The notes: a model not told the origin generated them from the sequence alone. Numbered from the whole stretch's first letter, positions 10,851 to 23,142 are shown. The stretch: DNA of 61,762 bases, filler included, from Circinaria calcarea (GCA_051942165.1; 5 parts of 5 records of this genome joined end to end with filler, not necessarily neighbours in it); one strand, 5' to 3'. Translations and numbers: made by a program.

Positions 10851-12291
10851 ATGGAGTCACCGATAGTGAAGGAGAAGGAGGATGGATACGCCGGCCAAGG
10901 CTCCTTGTCTCCGATCCAAGCCCATTTGCCTACAAATCTAGACTCTCTTATTCGTGAGTCGGACAATAGCTATGCCGCTGGCCACCCGGAACAATCTGCA
11001 GACCTGCTCGCTACACACACCCACAAGCCTGTTGAGTCTGGGCCCAGCCATCAGGTATTGGAATACCCTCAATACCCATTTCGTTCATCTGACCAGCACA
11101 CCCATCCTGCCTTTGGCTATTCTCCTCACCATCCTGCTTTTGCAAATAACTCGTACAACCACACTGCTGGTTATCAACAGGCAGCTTCAGGCCCTGCTTT
11201 TGCAAACAATTCGTACAACCACGCTGCTGGTTATCAACAGGCAACTTCAGGCTCTGCTCTTGCGCAACACCCATACAGCCACGCCCCAGGCAACCCACAG
11301 ACAGTTTCTCGCTACCCAGAGGCAGCTCCAGGCTACTACCCACAGAGCGCTCCAGGATATTCTACCCAGTACCCTCAGCAGCCTACATCTAGTATTGAAT
11401 ACTCTCCATATCGTCCTGGGCTACTAAATCAGTTCAGTGTGCCCATTTATCCTACACCGCATCCTCATCACCCTCCTAACTTTGCTCATCAATCTGTACC
11501 AAACTACAACGGTGGAGACGCTCGTAAACAGGGGCCACTTGCTAAGCAGGCCGAGAAACGCTCCGTCAAACACCTGACCTGTTACTATTGGTATAAAGAA
11601 GGTCCGTGCAGATGGACTGAAGACCAATGTGCTTATGCCCACGTGTGGACTGGAAAAGTTGCAGAAAAACCTGTAACTCTTGGACAAGGACGTAAGTATT
11701 TCTATCTCTTGACCTGATCTGGCATTTTTGCTGAACAATTTCCTGAACAGGTGCTGCAGTCGCTGGAAGAAACCTGACTGAAAAGTTGCACACTCCTGCA
11801 GGACAGGCTTTTGCATTCCAGCAACCTTGGCCACAGACCTTGTATCCTTCCCAGGCCGCTCCCGCAGGACGCAGCAACATCACAAATACACGTGCAGAAA
11901 TGACTGGCAACACCTTTACACCCTTTCAGCGCGCCGTGGCAGCTCCACCCGCCGCGCGTTCCTCCGCATTTCGTCGCCCAATCCCAACTAGAGGTGTAGG
12001 AGAACTCAACTACGATGATACCAGCCGCCCCACCATGACATCCTCTCCTATGGTGACCTCTCCTATACCGACCTCTCCTATGGTGACCTCTCCTATACCG
12101 ACCTCTCCAATGGCAACCTCCCCAATGGTAACCTCCCAAATGGCAGCGTTCCCCCACCGTCGCCTCCCGCACAATCCCTCCACCTCTACCCCCATGACCC
12201 CCTTTCTCTTCAACCTCGAGGCTCGCGTCGTCACCTACGAAGCCGCTCTCCGAACACAAGCCTCCCTCCTCCACCAATCCGCCGGTACCAT
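10851..12291 (+). CDS. CCCH zinc-finger protein with low-complexity regions; exons 10851-11691, 11751->12291 (3' end truncated by contig end)
   Basis: CYYWYKEGPCRWTEDQCAYAH (C-x8-C-x6-C-x3-H). Intron GTAAGT...GCTGAAC...AACAG joins GQGR-AAVAGRN in phase. Confidence 0.75.
11133..11285 (+). repeat. 60-bp coding tandem repeat (2 near-identical copies + 1 degenerate partial), PAFANNSYNHxAGYQQAxSG
   Basis: Units start at 11133, 11193 and 11253. Confidence 0.9.
12041..12145 (+). repeat. 15-bp coding tandem repeat x7 encoding (T/S)SP(M/I)x
   Basis: ACCTCTCCTATGGTG / ACCTCTCCTATACCG alternating units. Confidence 0.9.
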
Positions 12292-12391
12292 NNNNNNNNN
12301 NNNNNNNNNNNNNNNNNNNNNNNNNNNNNNNNNNNTTAATTAATTAANNNNNNNNNNNNNNNNNNNNNNNNNNNNNNNNNNNNNNNNNNNN
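12292..12391. other. Artificial contig-joining spacer
   Basis: 44 N + TTAATTAATTAA (stops in all six frames) + 44 N. Confidence 0.99.
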
Positions 12392-13195
12392 AATAAGAAA
12401 TTGTAGACAAACGGTCTGGCGGTCTCTTACGATGTCATACCATCCTTCCATTACAGCCCCACCATTCTATTTGCATCAGCATCAGCTTCTACATCCTTCA
12501 AGATGGCAGATAACCTACTGCTTTAATACGAAGTTGGGGAGCAGTCGGGAAGATAAAAGCAACCTCCTCAAACCTCCCTCGACGGCGCCAGTTTTCTGCC
12601 AGTCCCAACCTACGAGTGTTGATTAGGATTCTCTGCATTTGCCCCTTTCCGCATAACCATCTCACCAGCTTTCTCCCTCGTCTCCTAGACCATGAGCAAA
12701 GATTACTGTAGCTGTATGCTTCTTCAGTGCCGGCACCACCAGTTCTGCGGCGCGCACTTTGGCTGTATTCATCTGGAAGACAGGTCTTTAACAAGCTTGA
12801 GCAAAAGAATCGGGATGTATTTAGGGAGTTGTTTGATGACGCTGGACTTTAGTCTTTAGTGCGTATTATGAAGCTACACTTGGTAATTACGAAAGCCTTT
12901 CTCAGAGTACGGACTCCGCCGGCTAGAATACACAGGGGCTGTTTTATGGATAATAATACAGACCCTGAGGCCTATTTCGCACGCAAGAAAAGGTCCGTGC
13001 AATAGAATACCACTCTAGTGTATTCTAGCCCGAGCTCCCTGTAGTGTGTACTCTGTATTCTAAGAATTACCCAATCCGGAAATCCCCAGCGCGCTAGAGA
13101 AACCATCATCGAACGTCGAGGTTTTTGACAACTCCGTGCTTGCCGAAAATGATTGGTGGGAGGGGTGGTTCGCTTAAAAAAGTCCACGTGCCATG

Positions 13196-13376
13196 CACAC
13201 GGGTGACAAAAAAGTTCGGACATAACCCATTTACTTGCCGACCGTAAATGCCCCACTAACAACAGGCCTAGAAACCCCCTTAGCTCGGGGCTTCACCACA
13301 AACTTAGGGGTCCTTTTTACGCGAGCGACTATGGTGGGTAAATCGGTAACGTCCGAACTTTTTTGTCACCCGCGTG
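13196..13376. mobile_element. MITE / non-autonomous DNA transposon, 181 bp, 39-bp TIRs
   Basis: Left end CACACGGGTGACAAAAAAGTTCGGACATAACCCATTTAC versus reverse complement of right end CACGCGGGTGACAAAAAAGTTCGGACGTTACCGATTTAC (4 mismatches). No coding capacity and no clear TSD. Confidence 0.8.
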
Positions 13377-14033
13377 ACTAGGAAGCCTTTATATGGTTGA
13401 GAAGGGGTAGGTTTTTAATTACATCATTAACAACGCGTTTGGCCCGTGAGTGGCTGGCAGCAATCATATGAATGACTGGATTATGAAAAGACTGATTCCG
13501 GGCCTGGATCAGAGATTTATATAGAGTTTTAAAGTGTAAATCTCAAGGTCAACAACGCCTTTACGTGAGGGGCTATATCGCTACGAGTAAATCTGCGTTC
13601 ATAATTACCTGTGACTCGAAGGTCTATGAGGGAAATGAAATCCTAGCTAGCGCTTATCGTTGTGCTACCAGCGATATTTTATGCCAAGCCTTTTGCTAGC
13701 TTGACCTCAGCCGCACCGCGTTGAAGCGTCCTCTAGCAGTGCTTTTTGGCTTGCCGTTTAATAAAGATATAATCATCTCTTCAATCTAACAATTTTACCA
13801 TCCCACAAGTACTGCTTCCGCTAACTAGTATATTATAGCGGACTCTGCCTGCATACAACTAGGATTGAGGGGCCGGCTTGTCCTAGAGTCTTTGGTAACT
13901 ACCCTTTTCATGGCATTTATGCACGCCTATTACCAAGATCCCTTTTTGGTAGTCTTTGTCTCTCGCGTGGTGTTTAGAGCTAACCCTGATTCATAGTACA
14001 GAAACCCAACGTGCAATAGACTGACGTACAGCA

Positions 14034-17000
14034 ATGGATCCCTTAAGCATCGTGGCCAGCTTTATCACCATCATCGACATCAGCTCCAAGATTATTACAA
14101 TCTGCTATCGCTACCGTGGAGTCATGAAAAACGCTCCACGAGATCTCCTTCGTGTCCAAAATGAGGTTACAAGTTTCCGTAGTATTGTCGAGCGTCTTCA
14201 TCAGCTTGTGATTGAGGATCCACAGTCTCAAGGGCTTCCTACGCTGGAGAAGCAAATAGGCCCAGACGGACCACTCACTCAATGCCTCGTGGAGCTTGAA
14301 TCTCTTAAAAAAAGGCTTGAGCCCGAGAAAGGATGGAGAGCTGCAGGCAAGGCGCTGATGTGGCCGTTGAGGGAAGGTGATGCTATTAAGAGCTTAGATT
14401 TCATAGGACGGGTGAAACAAACTCTACAGCTCGCGCTATTAGCGGACAGCGCAGCGAATACAATAGTGATTCGCGAATCTACAAGGGACCTGGTGCACAT
14501 CCGGCAAGGTATCAACACACTCACCACTAAACTGGAGCACCAAAAGCAGAATACCGAGTTCCGGGAGGTCATGGCTTGGCTAGACGCCCCACAATCTACG
14601 AACCATATTACCGCACACAAGACGCGGGCCCCAGATACTGGAGACTGGCTACTTGTCAGTCCATACTATACTCACTGGATAAAAACTTCCGGTACTGTAC
14701 TCTGGCTACATGGAACCTCTGGCTGTGGCAAAACCGTGCTGTTCTCCAAGATTGTTGATGCGATCAAAATTGTTTGCGACACTGAGCATTCAACAGCCAT
14801 TGCTTATCACTACTTTGATTTCAATGACAAGCGAAGGAATCTCGCGGAGAGTGTCGTTCGAACGTGGCTGACTCAACTTTGTGGTCAGAGTATTGAACTA
14901 CCTGAAAGGTTGAGATATGAATATAGGAGTCAGAGCTACCCCAGCTATACCGGGACAGCCCTTGTGGATACTTTGGAGGAAATACTGCGCACTCTGATTC
15001 TAAAGTTCGAGCACGTTTACTTACTACTGGATGCCCTGGACGAATGTAGTGATCCGCTGGAATTGGAACAACTTCAAGCCACACTCGAACGAATTCGTCA
15101 GCCTAGCCCAAGCAGAGTACATATACTCACGACTAGTCAATACAATCGCGATCTCCAGGATTACTTTGAAAAAGTTGGGGCTACACGCGTTAACCTTCTG
15201 GACACAGAGCTGGCTAAAGATATTGAAATCTGTGTCCGGAGCAGGCTTCGCGATGATCTCAAGCTAAAAAGACAGCCTCCAGACGTGCGAAAAGAAGTAG
15301 AGTCAACTCTCGTTAATGGCTCCCAGGGCTCGTTTCGGTGGGTTGCCTGCCAGATCAACGCCTTAAAGAGATGTACCAGCACTGCAGCTCTTCGAAACGT
15401 TTTGCATTCTCTGCCTAATGACCTGCCTCAGACATATATAAGAATGTTGCACAACATTGATCCTATCAATCGTTGTACAGCTATGAAGATATTGAAATGG
15501 GCTTCATTCTCATTCCGACCTCTTAATCTGCATGAGCTTTGTGAAGCCATCGCCATAGATTTGGATTCGAATAATGGTCCTCGCTATGATCCAGAACTCC
15601 GGCTATGGGATCCATTGGACGTCCTTACAATCTGTCCGGGCCTAATTACAATTGTAGTACACGCGACGAAAGATTCTAACAACTTGCTGGCAATGGATCA
15701 AGTGGAAGCGCGTCTATCTCATTTCACCGTGAAGGAATTCTTAACATCGCCTCTTATTCAGAGCGGGCCTTGGTCGGACTTCGCCCTGTCCCAACCTTCA
15801 TCACAAAAATTCCTAGCTCAGTCTTGTCTTACCTATCTTCTTTATATTGACGAGCCTCTCACCAAAGTTAACGTCAGCCTCTACTCATTGGCGCAATACG
15901 CGGCAGTGTTCTGGATGAACCATGTGAAACTCTCCGGACATCCCATGGATCAAATCTCCCTCAGGAACCCAATGCGACGGCTTCTTAAGCCCGGAAGTGT
16001 CCATTTTGCTAACTGGACCTGTCTCTTTCGAGTAGATGCTCCCTGGCGCACGCCCTTTTATTCAGGCATTCAAAACGCGGCCGAACCCCTTTACTATATG
16101 TCGTACCTCGGTTTTGAGGATCAAGTAGAAGCGTTGCTCAAAGATGGCTCAAACCCGAACGAGGAGGGTGGCTTGTATGGAACGGCCCTTCAGGCTGCTG
16201 CTTTTCGGGGCTGGACTCGGATCGTGGAGCTCCTTCTCGACGCCAACGCCCGACCCGAGATCAATAAGGGGATCTTCGATTATCCCCTGATCGCTGCTGT
16301 CTCGCAGGAACACGAGCAGATAGTTCGGCTTCTTCTTGAGAGCGGAGCATCTCCAAATTTGGGTGCAAGGTCGTTCCGTGAAAGAGGTCCTGCTCTTCTG
16401 ATTGCTGCCGATAAGGGAAATAAAAGACTGTGCGAGCTACTCCTTAGCTTTGGGGCTGATGCTAACTACTACGCACCTAAGGCTGACCCTCATAGTGCTT
16501 TGGAGGCTGCTGTATCGAAAGGCCACATTGATATCGTAAAGCTATTGCTGGAACAGCCACGTCGCGGAGCAGATTTTTGTGAAATATTGGAGGAGACCTT
16601 TTTGATTGCATCACGTAATGGGGCGAAAGAAATATTCGACGCGCTAGTATTACACGGCCCTGACAAGAGACCTGCTCTCAGACACGCCGCTTACATAGGG
16701 GATAAGGTAGTTCTTCAGCAGTTGATAGACTCGGGAGCAGACCCCAACGACCAAGGATGGTATTCTCTTAATGAGGAGCCAACACCTCTTCTGTCTGCCA
16801 TTGTTGGTGGTCATTTGGAAATTGTGCGTACTCTGCTCGATCAAGGTGCCGATCCGTATCAAAAGACGAGGTTTGCAAATGTTTTAGCTGCTGCTGCAAA
16901 GGGTGGCAATGTCGAAGTAGTTAAACTATTCCTTGATCTGAAGATGCCGATAAATGTGGGTAGTCGTTTTCCTCTCTGCCCGCTTGGGTGTGCTGCGGAC

Positions 17001-18278
17001 GAGGGTCATCTGGATGTGCTCAAGGTTTTGATTGACAGTGGAGGCGATGTTAACTACAGCCATGGCGAAGCACTTCAACGAGCAGCATATCGTGGGCATG
17101 TTGAAATCGTCCGAGAGCTTCTTTGTAGGAAGGCGAAGGTTAATTTGGAAACCCAATTTGGCGAAACTGCCCTCTATCACGCCGCATCCGGTGGCTCCAC
17201 GCTCATTGTGAATATGCTAATCGATCATGGAGCACTAATCAATCACCATGGAGGACATGATGCCAACTCTTTACACGCAGCGATCAAAGCCGGGCACTTG
17301 CACATAGTCCAGATTTTGCTTGATCATGGTGCAGACATTGAGCAGCAATGGAAGCCATGGGGCTCGACAGATTCCATCGAAACCCCGCTTATTCATACCG
17401 CAAGGCGTAGAAATAAAGCCATTGTCCGAGAACTTCTGGCAAGGGACGCAGATGTGAATCCATGCTTAGAGTGTGCACCTACAGACGGTCCCTCACTGGA
17501 GGCAATCAAATACGGTCATGGTTCTAGCGCCTTACTCCTCCTTGACCATGGAGCTAAAGTAAATGTTTCCGGTACCCCCGTGGCCTATGCAGTTCAAAAC
17601 AAAATGACCATCGTTTTAGAGGCTCTTTTAGACAGAGGCGCAAACATTAATGCCCATGGGAAGCTTTGGAACAATGAGCCTACCTTTCCCCTAAAGATTG
17701 CCGTGGAGCAAGAAGATATGGATATGGTACGACTTCTTTTAGATCGCGGTGCGAACGTTAACGAGCAAGACGTCAATGGGTTCGCCATCCTTCATATGGC
17801 AGCAGCAGCAGGCAACGAAGCTTTACTTAGAAAGCTTATCTACGACTGTAAAGCTGACCTTGGAGTACAGTTAAGAAATGGAAGCCTTCCGATTCATTCG
17901 GCAGCCTCTCGGGGGCGAAAAACCTGCGTCGAGTTACTCATCGACGCAGGTGCAAATATCGATGCCCTTAATAAGGAAGACCGAACACCTCTGCACTGGG
18001 CTGCGGAATGGGGCGACTGAGATACAGTGGAACTTCTCGTCGAGCGAGGAGCAAGAGTGGAGGACAAGGATGAGAACGGCCTTAAGCCGTTGGATCTCGC
18101 GGAGCTTTGCGTGAGAAAGTATGACTATAAGTATGGCCGAAAAGATCCTGATATCTGGACGGACGAGAAGGTCCAAGCATTGCTTAAGAAGCTGGTTGCA
18201 AATGATTTGCGGAGGAACCGTCAAAGTGAATGCAAGGAAGATGATGCAGTTGGAGCCATACCTCGGCCACTTGACTAA
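14034..18278 (+). CDS. Fungal NLR-like STAND protein: HeLo-like N-terminus, NACHT, ankyrin repeats; single in-frame TGA at 18018-18020
   Basis: MDPLSIVASFITIIDIS...ALMWPL HeLo-like start, Walker A GTSGCGKT, Walker B LLLDALDEC, FRWVACQ, many ankyrin repeats (e.g. TPLHWAA, GHLEIVRTLLDQGAD). The same frame resumes right after the TGA (DTVELLVERGARVEDKDENGLKPLDLA) and runs to 18278. Confidence 0.9.
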
Positions 18279-18573
18279 TTCTTAACATGGGCGAGATGTT
18301 ATATACGGGAAGATGATATATCAAGACCGTCAATTTCCTGGCAAAATGACACTGCACACTCCTAACATGCATCAGGAATGGACTGCAGAAACAGGGGTAT
18401 CCTCGATGTGAAGGAAATAGGGTGCTCCGCTATATTCCTAAGGTATAGGCAAAGACGCTGGATAGAATGAGGTTTCGGGGTCCTGAATATGGAAGAACCA
18501 GAGGTTATATGGCACGAACTGACTGCTACAGTATAATGCGCATATAGGTCTCACGTAATTACTGAATTCAATA

Positions 18574-19635
18574 CTATTTCAATGCTGCTTGATTCCTGCT
18601 GTCTGCCTGTATGTGTGTAAAGAATGTCCCTATCTGTGCTTGCGCTAGTACTACCATACCCCTGCCCATTAATCTAACCGCATTCTGTCTCCACCATAGT
18701 CCTCCCCTCCTAAAGTTATGTCCCCTATAACTTCTTTCCCCCTCCTCAGTAGTGATCGGCCGGTGATGGCTCCTCGGAGAATACCCTAGCAATAGTGCTG
18801 GAAACTACTCCTTCCTTAATTAATTTTATTAGGCCCGGATCGTCTGCTCTCGGTACAGGCTGTTTTTTCTCCCTTAAACGGAAAAAGCTTTTCTTTTAAA
18901 ACACGTACCGTTCAATCGCTTCCACCAACTCCATACATTTTCGAATTTCTATCCTGGCACGGCGTTCCCAATCCTCGATGCATTCCTATCTTACCACGCT
19001 ATCCCGATCCAGCATAAAATTCATGTTATTTGTTACCGCTGGATTCGTTTATCGCACTCGTCCTATTAATATATCGGAGATCGCACCTAATCCTGTGACA
19101 GGCACTGCCACTGGAAAGACGTACGATAATGCGTTAAATCTATCAGCCAGGCCAGACGGTGACTTCGGTCCCGGTAATAGATCGCGATGTATTTTTTAAA
19201 CTCATCGGCATAGCAATATTAACTCCCCCTAATCAAGCCACTATTTTCCCCTTCCCTTTGCCCTTAATAGCGGGGGTCTTGGTCGCTCCCCTTTCCGGAT
19301 TCGTATTATCGTGACTTGCCTGTTTTTCGTTTGGTCCGGGGCAATTATCTCGGTGCAGTTGGTTAACCTGGTCTCGAAAGTAGTTATACGATACCGCAGG
19401 TGCTGGTTTCGACGATATAGAAAACCAACGAGTTAAACGAAATAAAGAAACCAGGCTCTGACGTTTCTTCCATTGGTCTTTGACTCGACATGCTTGAGGA
19501 GGCTTCCGAAGATGGGTATTGAGTTGGCTGTTCTGCCCGCGTAAACCTGGCTCGGGTTTGAACGGTTTTGAAGTATGGAGTTTGGGTCTTCGTTTTCATT
19601 TGCCGTTTCATGTGTAGTGAAAGCTTCGCAAGCAT
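18574..19635 (-). pseudogene. Degraded gene relic of unknown family
   Basis: Protein-like stretches (e.g. ILCWIGIAW*DRNASRIGNARARIEIRKCMELVEAIERYVF*KKSFFRLREKK) broken by TAA/TAG stops and frameshifts. Confidence 0.35.
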
Positions 19636-20349
19636 TTTTGTCTGAAGACGTGGATTATCTGTGGCCCCCGCCCCGCCGGCTTGACCCTGCTCCCTAACCC
19701 TCGTCGCTATCCTCCTCGTCCGGGTGCCGACGCTTGCGGTCTCGGTCGTGCGGGCGCTGACGGGCGGTGGCCGGGGTAGGCGACTCGGTGAAGAAGCGTA
19801 AATACGGCATGATCGCCTCGTCTACTTGCTCTTTAGTCATCCCCCGATATCTCTGGATATAATCAATATCCTCGTGGGTGCACGCAGTCCGCAAGCGATC
19901 GTAGTTCCCGCCATGCACCACCCCGCCGCCCCACATCTCCTTGCTGATGCGGCGGTTGATTCGGCTTCAACCCTATGGCAGACTGAATAGTGTTGTTGAA
20001 TTTCTTCTCGGGTTAATTATCGGCCTTCCTTCGTGGCCTCCTTCAGCTGTAAGCTGCGCTGTCAGACTCTCTAGCTCCTTGCCCGCGACCTCTCTCGATG
20101 AAGTAAAAGGATCACCGCTGGATAACAGTCGTTTGCCTTTTCTCTTCCTCAAGTTATTCGATCTCATGCACTGTAAGCTTTAATTCTTCTTTCCATGCCT
20201 CGTTCTTTTTCTTCATGTCAGCTAGTCCGGGTTTCCTAATAAGTTCGCTTCCATCGCTAAGTAGGCAGTGGAGAGTGCTGCTCGCCTCTTCCAGAAAAAT
20301 AGCGTCTCCTGAGAGCGATAGGGCAGAGAATTCTATATCTCTACTCAGA

Positions 20350-21546
20350 GAGCCTAGACCTTCCCTACGCACCCGAAATGGAGCTGCATCATGACATCTC
20401 CATCATTTAACGTATTATAAAACCGTGTTGATCGGTGAATTCCTTGATCTGTGTGCTGCTCCAATAAATTCCAGAATACTTATAGATTCTCCAGCGGAGC
20501 GAGGCGTGTGAAGAAGCCTTCGGGTAGATCGGGAATCTATTATATTATTCCGTCTTCGGTGAGCGATGGATGTTTCAGGTTCGGAAGATTTGTAAATGCG
20601 TCCGTGAGCTGCTTTCCCATTATGAGGGCGACTTCCACCGTCAAACGTTTCAGCCTCGGGTAATTTTTTTGGCGAGCTCCATGTTGTAGACACGAGGCCC
20701 AATGTGGAAACGTTCGAGATGAGGTAGGTCTGCAATGACTCTGGTGACAAGGGCATGAAGCACCAGTGATATCGAAGACAATGATTGACTATTCCAAAAG
20801 ATGTCATCGATGAGAATATGGTAAGGTAGTATTCTATATTTCCGGTCGGAGAAGTTGTCGAACCTAGGTTCTCAGAATTAAAGTAAAATATGGTCGGGAT
20901 TTTCTGTCAACTATCTCGGACCATAATGCTCATATATATGTAAACCCTCTCCTTCCATCATTAGAAATCTCCATGTCGGCAATCACATACCAAGATAACT
21001 GCTCAGCTACATCCGATCGGACTGAGGTTGGAGGAGTGTTATTTGGGAGAGAGGAAAATAACGTAAATTGAAAAATATATCTTGCTTTCTTCTATTGTAG
21101 TGCCCCATATTGCCCCAAAGGTTATATTAGGGATCTCACCCTACCCATCTAGGCCGCCAACCCACCCCACCCACCTCGGAGGCTTGGGGTGAGTTTGGGC
21201 GGGATATTACAAACTCTATAGTGTTGAATCATATCCGGTCTTCAGTGAAAGTAAAGAAACCAGGTTTTAATGTTCCTCTCGCTGGTTTTCGACTTTGACA
21301 TCTGAGCTCCTCTATATAGCGCCTATTTATTGCAAACTTTAACAACGTCAAGGATGCTGCGAAAAGAAGAGGGTGGGGGAAGAGAAAAGAAAGGTGTCTG
21401 GCGGAATCTAGATGGAAGAGCCGATACTCGACTTGTTCTTGAGAAACTCCTGTTGGGGCAACCTTTTTGACGAAATGATTCTTGATAAGATTTCTCAACC
21501 GGATAGAAGGTAAGGTGGGATCGTGGTTGATGCGCTCGACCGGCAT
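20350..21546 (-). pseudogene. F-box / leucine-rich-repeat protein pseudogene, interrupted by an insertion
   Basis: Frame-hopping reconstruction gives F-box-like HLTFYPVE/ILSRIISSKRLPQQEF/RTSRV/RLFHLDSARHL, then LRR-like units LPHLERFHI, YPRLKRLTV, LPNLKHPSL, LAPLENL*V. Several stops and frameshifts. The C-terminus may extend to 19694. Confidence 0.55.
21042..21218 (-). mobile_element. Solo terminus of a putative hAT-like DNA transposon inserted in the F-box pseudogene
   Basis: Minus strand begins TAGAGTTTGTAATATCCCGCCCAAACTCACCCCAAG with CCCA/TGGG subterminal repeats. Flanked by a degenerate 8-bp duplication GAGTGTTA (21034-41) / TAGTGTTG (21219-26). The second TIR is absent. Confidence 0.4.
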
Positions 21547-21699
21547 GACGTGCAGAGAATCTCCTTGCGAATAGACCGTAAACCCTCTTGTAAGCGGGAT
21601 AGCAAATCCTGTTGAACAAGTGTAAACCTAGTGTTCCTCAATATATACCGGGAGCTTGGAGGTTGCATTATAACAATCCTTAATTATGATAGTTCAGTG

Positions 21700-21820
21700 C
21701 TGCTGCCGAGGAGAGGTGCTGCTGAGGAAACGTGCTGTGGAAGAGGTACTGTTCGAAGAGATACCGCTGCGGAGACTGCTGAGGAGACACGTCATTCGGA
21801 GGATATGCTTCTAAGATGAC
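21700..21820 (+). repeat. Degenerate ~14-16-bp tandem repeat (GCTGCTGAGGAGA-like)
   Basis: gctgccgaggagaggt / gctgctgaggaaacgt / gctgtggaagaggt / actgttcgaagagat / actgctgaggagac. Confidence 0.5.
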
Positions 21821-21857
21821 GTATGGTTAAAGAGATGTCTTGTCAGGGAGGTGTTAA

Positions 21858-22920
21858 TTAAGGACACTGATTCAGGGAAGACGAGATTGCAAGCCTCAGG
21901 GAAGAAGCTGAGAGGATGAAGTATGGAAAATACTGCAGGTGGGCTTGTAATATATAGTTGAAGATGATTATCGGTGAATTGAACCGCATTGCTTCATCGT
22001 CGCCCGTGAAGCATCTCCAAGCATTCACTGCTTGAACGCCGCATGCGACAAGTGTATTGCTGCAGCGGTAACCCGCTTCCAAACGCTTGCTTACCAACAG
22101 TAACTTATGCGATACTTATTTGCTGAATCATATATCTAGGGGGATTGACCAAATTCAGTAGCTTTACATAAGGGAATAGTCCTCTATTGAAATCTTTAGA
22201 TAGAGGATTGCAGCGGTTATTCATAAGGCAGTGCCTCTGTCAGTAATATGTACCTGAACGAAACAAAAGTTGTTAGACATGGCCCGGAATAAGACATCCA
22301 GAGACCTCTGGGAAGGACCGAAAAGGGAGGATCATACTTCTAACGAAAGCTGTTGAGCCATCATCCACTTCTGGTTACAGTACGGATTTCATCGATGGTC
22401 GTCTGAAATGGTAGGATAAGGCCCAGCGCAGGACTAGTCTTTTGCCATCGTCCGGGATTGGATCTTGTATAGCTTGGTCGAGTACGATGTAACGTTTCTG
22501 TAGACGCGACCAAGCGTAATAATAGAATCCTGTAGTTTTCACTTCTGTTAGCCTTGAATTTCATAGTAAATACTTTGCGAAAGGCCAGGCCTTGCCTGAC
22601 GGTGTTGATATCATCGTCAAAGATTGTAATCATCTTTGAACATCAGGAACACCCTCGGGTAAACGGCGTTATATGAGCGGTCGCTCCTCGATAACGTCAA
22701 TCAATGCCTTGTAAAGGTCTTCTTCATCATTAATCACTTCAACCTGGTCGATCTCATCACCTAACTGAATAAGGACTCGCTCTAGCCCGGCTTTATTTGT
22801 AGTGATTGCAGAATGATCAAATGTAATAGCAGCAATTCCAGACTCAATCGCTCTTCTATCATCGCTATATAATGACTTTCTTCGCCGCCTGTTCGCGAGA
22901 CATGGAAAGCCTTTTGGCAT
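21858..22920 (-). pseudogene. Degraded gene relic of unknown family
   Basis: Consecutive protein-like fragments in shifting frames: GLERVLIQLGDEIDQVEVINDEEDLYKALIDVIEE; FYYYAWSRLQKRYIVLDQAIQDPIPDDGKRLVLRWALSYHF. Confidence 0.35.
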
Positions 22921-23142
22921 ACAAGTTCATTTTAAGGCGTGGAGAACTCCTCAAGGGAGAATAAGTAGACGTAGTCATTAACCCACAAACTGGAACTAAT
23001 ATAGCCAACCGACTGGCTTATGAGTGCATATCCTGTAGATAGGTGTGCAACCCGGGCAGCGAGTTGTGATACACAATGCTAAAGGAGTAAGATACTTTGC
23101 TTGATAATAGTGTTAATCATTGACTAATATCAATGTAAGTAG

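Noticed and set aside
11702..12277. Minus-strand ORF with RRGHH/RRGRY repeats
   Set aside because: Antisense shadow of the TSPxx repeat in the CCCH gene.
12336..12347. TTAATTAATTAA palindrome recurring every ~12.4 kb, as a biological periodic element or piggyBac TTAA site
   Set aside because: Always centred in exactly 44+44 N; it is an assembly linker.
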